A DNA stretch of 64,000 nt from Spirochaetia bacterium (GTDB lineage Bacteria; Spirochaetota; Spirochaetia; WTKD01; G963693115): assembly GCA_965226055.1 (NCBI GenBank), contig CBDDCA010000006.1:320001-384000 (forward strand), written 5' to 3'. Below, piece by piece: positions 39,339-48,433 of the stretch. Under the pieces are notes generated by a model. That model searched no databases. It saw nothing but the letters and a program-made list of their open reading frames with translations, and was not told where the DNA came from. Numbering within the stretch: position 1 is the first letter of the stretch; each line of letters begins with the position of its first letter. Made by a program: the position numbers and the translations under genes.

Positions 39339-40793
39339 TTACACAAACATCCTTTGTAATAGGCCTTTCTTATACAGCTTTGTAAGTGCTACTTGTTTCT
39401 GTGTGAGTGATATTTTTGTGTCAAGGCTCTGTAAGAAAGAGCCTATCTTTTGTTGTTCTTTTATTGATGCAGGAATTTTTATACGAATAGAACTCATTAC
39501 ATCATTCATCAATTTTGGATTACCCACATATGATACAAATTTCTTTGTTATTGCATTAAGAATTTCTGCAATACATACATTTGCATACCCTTTATCACTT
39601 TTTAACACTCCACATACATTAGTACAGTAAAATTTTCCTTTTCTATAATTCACATCCCCAGCATTAGCTCCATCTGTTGTCCATGTAATACAATTTTCAA
39701 ATAAATATTTATGATAGTATCCCATTAAGCCTTTATTTTTTGTTTGTGAAGAAAAAACAGGATAAACATAGTGATCTGTTTGTATTGGGGATATATCTGT
39801 TTTGGATAAAACAAGCCCTCGTGTTACATAAAATATCTCACCTATTTCCCTCTCTTGCCAATCGGGATACTCGTTTCCTTGTTCGTCCTTAAAGCGTAGC
39901 TCCTGTGAAAAAAGTTTTTGCATGATGCCTTTTTTGTATGACTGCAACAGTACTACTTTTCTTTCAAGGAGCTGTATCTTTGTGTCTACACTCTCCAGAA
40001 AAGAGACTATCTTTTGTTGTTCAGGCAGGGAAGGACACCCTATTTGAAACTCTTTAATATCTCTTGAGTTCACAGATTCAAAGGTACTCCCTTGCGAATA
40101 CTTTTTCCATAGATGCTCAGCGTTGATTAACGCATAGTAGAAAAATGTATAACTTGAAGTACGGATAGCACACATTCCACGCCCTATAATACCATTATGT
40201 ACGGATAAAGCTATATCCCCAACAGGAGCTCGTACGCTCATTAAAATATCATTTACAAAACATCGTTGTGTTATTTCTGTTGTCCAAACACGAGGGACTG
40301 TTCTTCTGTTTTTTATATCAGCATTCCCTTGAAATAATGGCTCTCCTTTTTGAATACCATTATAATGTTCTGATTTAGGAGAACTTCCCATAAAAATCTC
40401 AGCCACTTCTCCTAATTGCTTCTCTTGCCAATCAGGAAAATCAGAGCCATCGTCCTGCTTGAAGCGTATGAGAGGATTTTTCTGCTTGAGAGGAAATGCT
40501 ATTTTATGCGTATCTATTGCCTTTTGAAATTTTTCAGAAATAGCATTCATATCAAGCACATCCACTGTATACGGTAATCGAGATTCTTCAAAATTGTACT
40601 TGAGACGAGCAATAATGACAGTATCAATCTTTTTGTCTGCTTCTAGGGCAAGATCTAAATCAGAGTAATCCTGTGCTTGTCCCTTTACACGACTTCCAAA
40701 TACCCATACTTTACATCCTGCAGGGACATATCTAGACAGTATAGAAGAAACAATATTGAACTCTTGCTTTTTTATATCAAAGTTGAGTTTCAT
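39339..40793 (-). CDS. hsdS: Fusion of an N-terminal MNT nucleotidyltransferase (aa 1-100) and a type I specificity subunit with two TRDs
   Basis: FGSRVKGQAQDYSDLD (GSx10DxD) and VDV, then PLIRF...DWQEKQLGE and two EQQKI...KKG conserved repeats. Confidence 0.93.
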   Translation of the reverse strand: MKLNFDIKKQEFNIVSSILSRYVPAGCKVWVFGSRVKGQAQDYSDLDLALEADKKIDTVIIARLKYNFEESRLPYTVDVLDMNAISEKFQKAIDTHKIAFPLKQKNPLIRFKQDDGSDFPDWQEKQLGEVAEIFMGSSPKSEHYNGIQKGEPLFQGNADIKNRRTVPRVWTTEITQRCFVNDILMSVRAPVGDIALSVHNGIIGRGMCAIRTSSYTFFYYALINAEHLWKKYSQGSTFESVNSRDIKEFQIGCPSLPEQQKIVSFLESVDTKIQLLERKVVLLQSYKKGIMQKLFSQELRFKDEQGNEYPDWQEREIGEIFYVTRGLVLSKTDISPIQTDHYVYPVFSSQTKNKGLMGYYHKYLFENCITWTTDGANAGDVNYRKGKFYCTNVCGVLKSDKGYANVCIAEILNAITKKFVSYVGNPKLMNDVMSSIRIKIPASIKEQQKIGSFLQSLDTKISLTQKQVALTKLYKKGLLQRMFV

Positions 40794-41313
40794 AATATTT
40801 TTCTAGCTTCTCCAAAAGGTATTCGGCTTCTGCTAAAAAAAGAGGTAATTGCTCTACAATATCTATTGCCATAGCTTCATTATATCCATGAGAAGTTTTG
40901 TTTCGGTTGGCTCTATACTCCGACCACACATCCCAGCTGTGTAGGATAATTCCTTTTTCTGCAGCTAAGCGTACTTTATTTTGTAAATCCATATGTTTTA
41001 TATCGCTTGGATTATCAACAATATTTTTTAAATGCCGTGTCATAAATTTCAAGGATAAATCATAGCAATATTCAAAACGCTGAATACAAGAGTCTCGTAT
41101 ATAATCAATCTTTGATATAATTTCTAATAATACATATGATGATATTCTACCCTTGATACCCTTACTTAAAATTTGTTTTTTTAAAAATTCTTCAAATAAT
41201 GCTAATTCTCCAGATTCTTCCTTCTCTTTTAATTTTTGCGCGTCATTTAATACTTCCTTATAAGTAGAGATAGCATTTCTCAGTGGCGTTAAGTCCAGTT
41301 GCTCTTCGTGCAT
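40777..41313 (-). CDS. HEPN-domain toxin (HI0074/HepT-like)
   Basis: RDSCIQRFEYCYDLSLK and RNKTSHGY (Rx4HxY); overlaps the MNT-hsdS gene by 17 nt. Confidence 0.9.
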   Translation of the reverse strand: MHEEQLDLTPLRNAISTYKEVLNDAQKLKEKEESGELALFEEFLKKQILSKGIKGRISSYVLLEIISKIDYIRDSCIQRFEYCYDLSLKFMTRHLKNIVDNPSDIKHMDLQNKVRLAAEKGIILHSWDVWSEYRANRNKTSHGYNEAMAIDIVEQLPLFLAEAEYLLEKLEKYYETQL

Positions 41314-41340
41314 ATTTCACATATTACTATACTTTTCAGA

Positions 41341-42924
41341 TCACAATGGCATTGCAATATTCAGCTGTTCACAAACATCCTTAATGCTGTTGTCTGTCTC
41401 TTGCATTGCCTTTTTTAGCTCTTTTATTTCCACACTTAGCGCCTGTATATCCACAGGCTCTTCTTCATCAAAAGTGTCAACATAGCGTGGTATGTTTAAG
41501 TTATAGCCGTTTTCCTTTATCTCATCCATAGGGGCATTATACGAATATTTATCTATTGCTTGCCTGCTTCTATAGGTATCAATAATTTTGTCTATATGTT
41601 CCTCTGTCAGTGAGTTTTGATTTTTCTTCTTTTCGTACTGCTGTGATGCATCAATAAACAGCACGGCATCATCCTGCTCTCTACATTTCTTAAACACTAA
41701 AATACAGGTAGGAATACTAGTCCCATAAAATATATTTGAAGGCAATCCTATCACTGCATCCAAGTAGTTTTTACTTTCTATCAAGTACTTTCTTATATGT
41801 GCCTCACTTGCACCTCTAAACAACACACCATGTGGCAATACCACTGCCATAATGCCTCTCTCTTCTAAGTGATATATCATATGTTGTACAAACGCAAAGT
41901 CTGCTTTTGTTTTTGGGGCAAGTGTTCCATATGCCGAAAATCGTTCATCAGTCTGAAAAAAAGAACTAGCTGACCATTGAGCACTAAAGGGAGGATTTGC
42001 CACAATAGCTTCAAATTTTTCCGTATGCTGTGGTCGTTCTAGAGTATCCTCCTGTTTAATATCAAAATCACGATAGGATATATCATGCATTATCATGTTC
42101 ATTCGAGCTAAATTGTAAGTGGTACGATTTAACTCTTGCCCATAAAAATTGGAAACATTTGTTACTTCTTTTGCTACCCGCAATAACAAGGAGCCTGAGC
42201 CACAGGTAGGATCATACACTGTAAGCAATTTTTTCTTTCCTGTTGTCACTATCTTTGCTAGTATACGTGATACCTCTTGTGGAGTATAAAATTCCCCTGC
42301 TTTTTTTCCAGCACTTGCAGCAAACTGAGCAATGAGATATTCATAGGCATCTCCCAATACATCTCTTTTATGATTTTGAAAATCAAAATCTACCGCATCC
42401 AAACTTGAAAGTATTCTTACAATAAGCGTATTTCTCTCTTCCACCGTTTTTCCCAGTTTCGTAGAATTAAGATCTAAATCTTCAAAAAGATGTATAAAAT
42501 CATCTTCGCTTTCATATCCCATCGTTGTTGTTTCAATATTACTAAGAATTTTACCTAAATCGTCTAAAATAAACTGGCTTGTAGCATTTTTGTCAGTGTT
42601 ATTTCCACGTCTTAGCAACTGAGAAAATAACTCTTCAGGAAAAAGAAAGTATCCCAACTCATTTATAGATCTTTTCTTTACATTCTTTATAATATCCAAA
42701 TACTTTTCTTTCTCTTTCTCATGAGAATCAACGAGAGAAGTATATGTTATTTCATCTTGCTCCAATAGCTTGTTTGCATGCGCTTCCATCTTTTCAGATA
42801 AATACTTATAAAAGATAAACCCTAGAATATAGTCCTTAAACTGATCAGCATCCATTTTACCTCGTAAGGCATTGGCAATACTCCAGAGCTGTGTCTCTAG
42901 CTGTTTTTTTTCTTGCTCGCTCAT
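41341..42924 (-). CDS. hsdM: Type I R-M methyltransferase subunit
   Basis: LWSIANALRG, GEFYTP, YDPTCGSGSLL, VANPPFS, PHGVLFRG, YNLNIPRYV. Confidence 0.97.
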   Translation of the reverse strand: MSEQEKKQLETQLWSIANALRGKMDADQFKDYILGFIFYKYLSEKMEAHANKLLEQDEITYTSLVDSHEKEKEKYLDIIKNVKKRSINELGYFLFPEELFSQLLRRGNNTDKNATSQFILDDLGKILSNIETTTMGYESEDDFIHLFEDLDLNSTKLGKTVEERNTLIVRILSSLDAVDFDFQNHKRDVLGDAYEYLIAQFAASAGKKAGEFYTPQEVSRILAKIVTTGKKKLLTVYDPTCGSGSLLLRVAKEVTNVSNFYGQELNRTTYNLARMNMIMHDISYRDFDIKQEDTLERPQHTEKFEAIVANPPFSAQWSASSFFQTDERFSAYGTLAPKTKADFAFVQHMIYHLEERGIMAVVLPHGVLFRGASEAHIRKYLIESKNYLDAVIGLPSNIFYGTSIPTCILVFKKCREQDDAVLFIDASQQYEKKKNQNSLTEEHIDKIIDTYRSRQAIDKYSYNAPMDEIKENGYNLNIPRYVDTFDEEEPVDIQALSVEIKELKKAMQETDNSIKDVCEQLNIAMPL

Positions 42925-43031
42925 ATAATTTAGTATAGCACTATATTGTTATCTGTACAGAAAGGATTATATATACGCACGAGTTCAAGCATAAAATACT
43001 ATGAGATAAAAATATGATATAGTATACATAG

Positions 43032-43106
43032 GCTCCCGGTAGCTCAATAGGATAGAGCAATCGCCTCCTAAGCGATAGGTTGCGGGTTCGACTCCCGTCC
43101 GGAGCA
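43032..43106 (+). tRNA. tRNA-Arg(CCT) with a one-base bulge in the acceptor stem; CCA not encoded
   Basis: TAGCTCAATAGGATAGAGC D-arm, ATCGC-CTCCTAA-GCGAT anticodon arm, GGTTCGACTCC T-arm. Confidence 0.92.
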
Positions 43107-43180
43107 TTATGTGGATGCCACAGTATAAGAAACACTTATTATTATGATTATCAAACAATAAAAATAAGAAAGGAACATGT

Positions 43181-45328
43181 ATGAAAAAATTTGTAAAATT
43201 TATTTTTTTTATTATCCTCGTTATTGCAATAGTGGTTGCAATAACACAGTTTAGACAGTACTTAACATTATCGTATATACAATCACAGCTAAGTACTTTA
43301 CAGGCATATATACAAAATAATTTCTGGTATTCTGTGCTTGTTTATTTTTGCATATATGTGCTTGCTACTGCTATTTCAATCCCTGGAGCAATATTACTCA
43401 CCCTCTTGGGAGGAGCATTATTTGGGGCCATATATGGCACTATTATCGTTTCATTTGCAAGCACTATAGGAGCAACAATTTCCTTTATTCTTGGACGCTT
43501 TTTGTTTCGTGGATCCTTAGAGAAAAAATTTCCAAAACAACTTGCAAACATCAACAAAGGAGTACAAAGAGAAGGGGCTAATTATTTATTTGCCTTACGT
43601 CTTGTTCCTGTATTTCCTTTCTTTGTTATCAATCTCCTTATGGGACTTACACGTATACCAGTACTCACTTTTATGATAGTAAGTCAAATTGGTATGTTGC
43701 CTGGCACCATAGTGTATGTATATGCTGGGGGAGCATTATCTACATTACAAAATTTAGGGGATATTGTAAGCCCACAAATATGGCTTGCGTTTGCACTTAT
43801 TGCTACACTGCCTTTTATCTCTAAGTTGATAACTGGTGCTATAAAAAAAGCAAAACTCTATAAAGGACTTAAGAAACCAAAGCAATTTGACACAAATGTT
43901 GCTATTATTGGAGCTGGCTCAGGAGGACTTATTGCTGCGTATATTGCCGCAGCTATCAAAGCAAAACCAGTACTTATAGAAAAAGCCGAAATGGGTGGCG
44001 ATTGTCTCAACCGTGGCTGTGTTCCTTCAAAAGCACTCTTATCAATTAGTAAATATGCCGATGCACACAAAGATTCGGAAGCGGTGGGCATTAGCTATAC
44101 GAAACCAAAAATAAACTTCAAAAAAGTAATGGCAATGGTACACGAAGCTATCAATACCGTAGCTCCACACGATAGTGTAGAACGCTATACTTCACTAGGA
44201 GTACAGTGTATACAAGGTACTGCAGAACTTGTATCTCCATGGGAAGTAAAAGTAGGAGAAAAAACTATAGTGGCAAGAAACATCATATTAGCTACTGGAG
44301 GCTATCCTCGTATCCTTGATATTCCCGGTGCTGACACAGTAACGCAATATACCTCTGATACAATATGGAACATAACTACATTGCCCGAAGAGCTTATCGT
44401 AGTAGGAGGTGGTCCTATAGGATGTGAACTAAGCCTTGCTTTCTCTCGACTTGGAAGCAAAGTAGTGCTTATACAAAGAAACAATCAACTGCTTCCCCAA
44501 GAAGATCCAGAAGTAGGAGCAATAGCAAAAGATACATTACAAAAACATGGAGTACATGTTGTCACTGGCTTTAGTCCAGAACAAATACTCACAAAAAATA
44601 AAAAGCAATACCTACAAATAAGTGTAGACGGAAAAGCAAAGCATGTGCCTTTTACTCACCTCCTTGTTGCAGCAGGAAGACAGGCTGCTACAGAATCGTT
44701 TAAGCATAGTGGACTACAGTTTGAGTATAACAACAATGGCACGCTGTATACAAACGAATATTTACAAACAAGCTATAACAACATATTTGCAGTAGGAGAT
44801 CTGACAGGCCCATATCAATTTACCCATACCGCAGGACACATGGGATGGTATGCAGTAGTAAATGCTCTTTTTGGTGGTCTTAAAAAATTTGCTATTGACT
44901 ATTCATGTGTTCCAGCAGTTACCTATTTAAGTCCAGAAATAGCACGTGTCGGCTTAAACGAGAAAGAAGCAAAAGAACAAAACATAGCATATGAAACAAC
45001 CATATATAAAATGGAAGAACTTGATAGAGCAATAGCCGAACGAAAAACAGAAGGTTTCATCAAGATACTCACAAAACCAAAGAAAGATACTATTCTTGGT
45101 GCTACTGTGGTATCAGAACGAGGAGGCGAAATATTAGGAGAGCTGTTGCTTGCGACAAAATACAAACTAGGGCTTAATAAAATTCTTGGAGTTATCCATC
45201 CTTACCCTACTTTTACAGAATCAGTAAAGGCTACTGCAGGAGTGTGGAAAAAAGCTCATTCCCCTACAAAAGCATTGCAGATGCTTGAGAAATACTTTGC
45301 GAAAAAAGTCAAAAAACAAGAGGAATAG
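43181..45328 (+). CDS. TVP38/DedA membrane domain fused to a pyridine nucleotide-disulfide oxidoreductase (LpdA/MerA-like)
   Basis: LRLVPVFPFFVINL..G.T then IIGAGSGG, GGDCLNRGCVPSK, GGGPIGCE, HPYPT. No MerA C-terminal Cys pair. Confidence 0.92.
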   Translation: MKKFVKFIFFIILVIAIVVAITQFRQYLTLSYIQSQLSTLQAYIQNNFWYSVLVYFCIYVLATAISIPGAILLTLLGGALFGAIYGTIIVSFASTIGATISFILGRFLFRGSLEKKFPKQLANINKGVQREGANYLFALRLVPVFPFFVINLLMGLTRIPVLTFMIVSQIGMLPGTIVYVYAGGALSTLQNLGDIVSPQIWLAFALIATLPFISKLITGAIKKAKLYKGLKKPKQFDTNVAIIGAGSGGLIAAYIAAAIKAKPVLIEKAEMGGDCLNRGCVPSKALLSISKYADAHKDSEAVGISYTKPKINFKKVMAMVHEAINTVAPHDSVERYTSLGVQCIQGTAELVSPWEVKVGEKTIVARNIILATGGYPRILDIPGADTVTQYTSDTIWNITTLPEELIVVGGGPIGCELSLAFSRLGSKVVLIQRNNQLLPQEDPEVGAIAKDTLQKHGVHVVTGFSPEQILTKNKKQYLQISVDGKAKHVPFTHLLVAAGRQAATESFKHSGLQFEYNNNGTLYTNEYLQTSYNNIFAVGDLTGPYQFTHTAGHMGWYAVVNALFGGLKKFAIDYSCVPAVTYLSPEIARVGLNEKEAKEQNIAYETTIYKMEELDRAIAERKTEGFIKILTKPKKDTILGATVVSERGGEILGELLLATKYKLGLNKILGVIHPYPTFTESVKATAGVWKKAHSPTKALQMLEKYFAKKVKKQEE

Positions 45329-45371
45329 CACACACTAATATATAACAACCGTATATAACCCACAAGGGGAG

Positions 45372-45869
45372 CTACCATATACGTGGCACAAAAGAGCTTG
45401 TATTCTCTGACAACACCGTATGGTGAGGACGTGAAAACAAATATAAGCCCAATGTATCGGCAAGTTTTTTTGCTGAACGGGATATTGTATATCCTGCTAG
45501 CCCAAAAAATACCTGTGTGATTTTGTGATTTTTATTTACATATCCCGAATAAAAACGCTTAAACAGTTCTGCAAGCTCATCAAGGCTAATCCTTATATCA
45601 GGAATAAGAAAAGGAAACCCTCTCTCAAATACTTGTTCTACCGTTTGCTTTGTAATATCATGTTCTACACTAATAAGAGCAAATGAGTCTTTACTTAACA
45701 TGATAATATTACGCTCATTGAGTTCAGAACAAAAACTACATTTTTCAACAAAATTAAATTGCTCATTATCAAGCATAGGGTATTTTGAAAAATGTTCCGA
45801 AAAATATTCTTCAACATTCTTTGTTCGTTCTTTAGAAAAATCTTGAAAGTAAATATCAATTAAGTCCAT
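45372..45869 (-). CDS. Hypothetical protein, possibly a degenerate PD-(D/E)XK-like protein
   Basis: C-terminus GLAG...A..LGLYLF...FVPRIW resembles a recurrent restriction-endonuclease-like hypothetical family; catalytic residues are not evident. Confidence 0.45.
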   Translation of the reverse strand: MDLIDIYFQDFSKERTKNVEEYFSEHFSKYPMLDNEQFNFVEKCSFCSELNERNIIMLSKDSFALISVEHDITKQTVEQVFERGFPFLIPDIRISLDELAELFKRFYSGYVNKNHKITQVFFGLAGYTISRSAKKLADTLGLYLFSRPHHTVLSENTSSFVPRIW

Positions 45870-45922
45870 ATATAATCCATAGTATCATACTTCTATAACA
45901 AAAAATTATAGTTATTACTCTA

Positions 45923-46261
45923 TTGTATTATAATAGAAAATGGAAAAAATGCAATACACATTTTAAGGAAATTATATACACTGTAGCCAATAGTAAAATA
46001 ACTGAGAATAAACAATCAAACAATATGCATTGTATAAATTTATTTGCAAATGGAACTGTTACTATACAGCCACATGGTGAGATTAACGATAGAAAAATTG
46101 TTATTGTTCATGGACATGACACAGATGCAAAAAATGCTTTAGAGGTTATGAACTTTAGGTGGGGATTAAAACCTTTTGCTATTCAAGTTGATGAAAAAAT
46201 TGAAGAAATTAAAGACAGGCTTCGATTACGATTAGAAAGTCTGGGTATAGAATTTCATTAA
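45923..46261 (+). pseudogene. Internally deleted TIR-like nucleotide-binding protein (Cap12/Pycsar-TIR type)
   Basis: KIVIVHGHDTDAKNALE...WGLKP is the start of this TIR family; it jumps to a C-terminal-like helix with no RxNVxxE core. Confidence 0.65.
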
Positions 46262-46508
46262 ATTTTATGGTAAATATTTAGTGACATCTATTTAGAATTA
46301 TTAGATTTAGCTCTTTCTTTCTGTTGCTTTTTATGTTCCTTTAATTCTTTAGACAGGTAGTATTCGCACCATCTTTATTAATTCCTCAAGGTTTACAAAG
46401 GTAGGAAGTAGCGATATACTATTTTCTTTCATGAAGACAATGTAATAATTCTCTTTTCATAAAGTACAAACTCAAGCAGTAGTTTCTCTATTTCTATCAC
46501 ATATATCA

Positions 46509-47294
46509 TCATGTATGTTTTACAAACAATGATTTTATTTTTTTATACACACGAATAAAAAAATAAGAAAATGAGTTTTTAAACAATACTTTTTTAAGAA
46601 GGTCATACCGTGTACTTCCTTGTCTCCATAGCCCATGCGTGTAATGGATACAATAAACATCTGGGTCACTTCTTAGTTGTTTGTAATCTTTTGGAAGTAG
46701 TAGACTAGGAATACGAAAATGAAAATGCTTACGTTTTGGCAGTGTCATATGTTTTTTGTCTTCTTCTGGAAGAGAATGGTACACTGCACTGATTACAGTG
46801 GGTCCAGAAAAAGCTACTACTGCATCAGTGTACTGCTGCTGCTTTTCAGGCGGAGAGGTATTTTGAATAGTAGAAAGAAGAGAAAGCCAAAAAGGATGAT
46901 TTTTTTTAGAGGCAATGATAGCATTCCCTAACCTTACTGTACCTTCCTCCTGATCCCTCTCTAATGGAATAACAATGTCATGCATGTTCCAAGTATCCAA
47001 AGGACGTGTTATTTCACAATCAAAATCCATATACCAACCACCATAATGATACAAAACAATATAGCGAAAAATATCCGATTGTATTACTACTTCATAGGTA
47101 TTTCCCTCAAAAAAAGGCATATAGTGAGCATAGTGTTCTTTTATCAAGGAACACGCATTTTCAAAATTCCAGTTATAATAGTACCAATGGCTAAGATACT
47201 TTCTACTCTTTTTCGACAATGCTTTCCATTGCCACGGTATTCTCTGTTTTTTTTCACGAAGAAAATAAATTTGATGAAGAATAGAAGGAATCAT
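46509..47294 (-). CDS. Glycosyltransferase, DXD sugar-binding (GT32/OCH1-like)
   Basis: IPSILHQIY, QSDIFRYIVLYHYGGWYMDFD, HPFW, SGP, IHYTHGLW. Confidence 0.9.
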   Translation of the reverse strand: MIPSILHQIYFLREKKQRIPWQWKALSKKSRKYLSHWYYYNWNFENACSLIKEHYAHYMPFFEGNTYEVVIQSDIFRYIVLYHYGGWYMDFDCEITRPLDTWNMHDIVIPLERDQEEGTVRLGNAIIASKKNHPFWLSLLSTIQNTSPPEKQQQYTDAVVAFSGPTVISAVYHSLPEEDKKHMTLPKRKHFHFRIPSLLLPKDYKQLRSDPDVYCIHYTHGLWRQGSTRYDLLKKVLFKNSFSYFFIRVYKKIKSLFVKHT

Positions 47295-47378
47295 ATATAC
47301 TATTTATTATAGCACAATAACATAAAAAACATAAGATACTATATACTAATAAATAGACACAATAATAAAAGAGGTTTT

Positions 47379-48416
47379 ATGAGAAAAAACAATACAAAAT
47401 TTTTAATGCTATTTCTTACATCAGCAATACTATCATGTGATAACAATACAGAAGCAGGTGAACTGCTTGCGACTATAGAGACAAACAAAGGAACTATCAC
47501 TTTGGAGCTTTTTTATGAACAAGCCCCTCTTACGGTCAGTAATTTTGTAGGATTGGCAACTGGCGTATTTGCAAAAGAGAATGATTCTATTACAAAAAAA
47601 GGCAATTACTATGATGGACTCAAATTTCATCGTGTAGTACCAAATTTTGTTATTCAGGGAGGTGACCCTCAAGGCACTGGTGTTGGCGGTCCTGGATATG
47701 AATTTCTTAACGAAATACATCCTGATCTGATGCACAATAAAAAAGGAATACTTTCTATGGCAAACGCAGGTCCAGATACAAATGGCAGCCAATTTTTTAT
47801 TACACTCAGCGCTACCCCCCACTTAGATGGTGGATACAGTGTCTTTGGTGAAGTAAAAGAAGGAATAGAGGTTGTTGAAAATATTCAGGAAGGCGACATC
47901 ATGAACACAATCACTATTTCAGCAACAAAAAAATCAAAGGCAGAAACATTCTTAAAAGAAGTAAGCTGGGAAAGTTTTCAAGCACTTAATACGCAATACA
48001 AAGAAGAAAAACAAAAAAAGCAAGATTCACTACTTGCTGATACTATCACGCTCATAGAAAAAGAGACACCGAAATTAACAAAGACTGAGGATGGTATCTT
48101 TGTATATCAAATAGAAGAAGGCACAGGACAACAAGTACAACCAGGTGATACTGTAGAAACACATTATGAATTACGACTGTACGGCAACGAAGAAGTTATT
48201 GATAGTTCCTTCTCGCGTGATCAAACATTTGAATTTCAAACAAACTCAAGGTCTGTAATTCAAGGATGGGATATTATTGTACAAACAATGCGTGTAGGAG
48301 ATAAAATTCGGGCAGTTATTCCTCCAAATTTAGGGTATGGAAGTGAAGGTATACAGGGAGCTATTCCTGGAAACTCTTTCCTTGATTTTACTATAGAGCT
48401 TGTTTCAATAAAGTAA
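47379..48416 (+). CDS. Lipoprotein dual PPIase: cyclophilin + FKBP fusion
   Basis: Lipobox ILSC; FHRVVPNFVIQGGDP, SMANAGPDTNGSQFFIT; FKBP motifs IDSSFSR, VIQGW, IPPNLGYG. Confidence 0.93.
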   Translation: MRKNNTKFLMLFLTSAILSCDNNTEAGELLATIETNKGTITLELFYEQAPLTVSNFVGLATGVFAKENDSITKKGNYYDGLKFHRVVPNFVIQGGDPQGTGVGGPGYEFLNEIHPDLMHNKKGILSMANAGPDTNGSQFFITLSATPHLDGGYSVFGEVKEGIEVVENIQEGDIMNTITISATKKSKAETFLKEVSWESFQALNTQYKEEKQKKQDSLLADTITLIEKETPKLTKTEDGIFVYQIEEGTGQQVQPGDTVETHYELRLYGNEEVIDSSFSRDQTFEFQTNSRSVIQGWDIIVQTMRVGDKIRAVIPPNLGYGSEGIQGAIPGNSFLDFTIELVSIK

Positions 48417-48433
48417 CATATAATTGACAGAGA

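Noticed and set aside
43181-45328. Mercuric reductase call or novel fusion
   Set aside because: No C-terminal Cys-Cys pair and no mer genes; the DedA-oxidoreductase fusion is a known widespread family.
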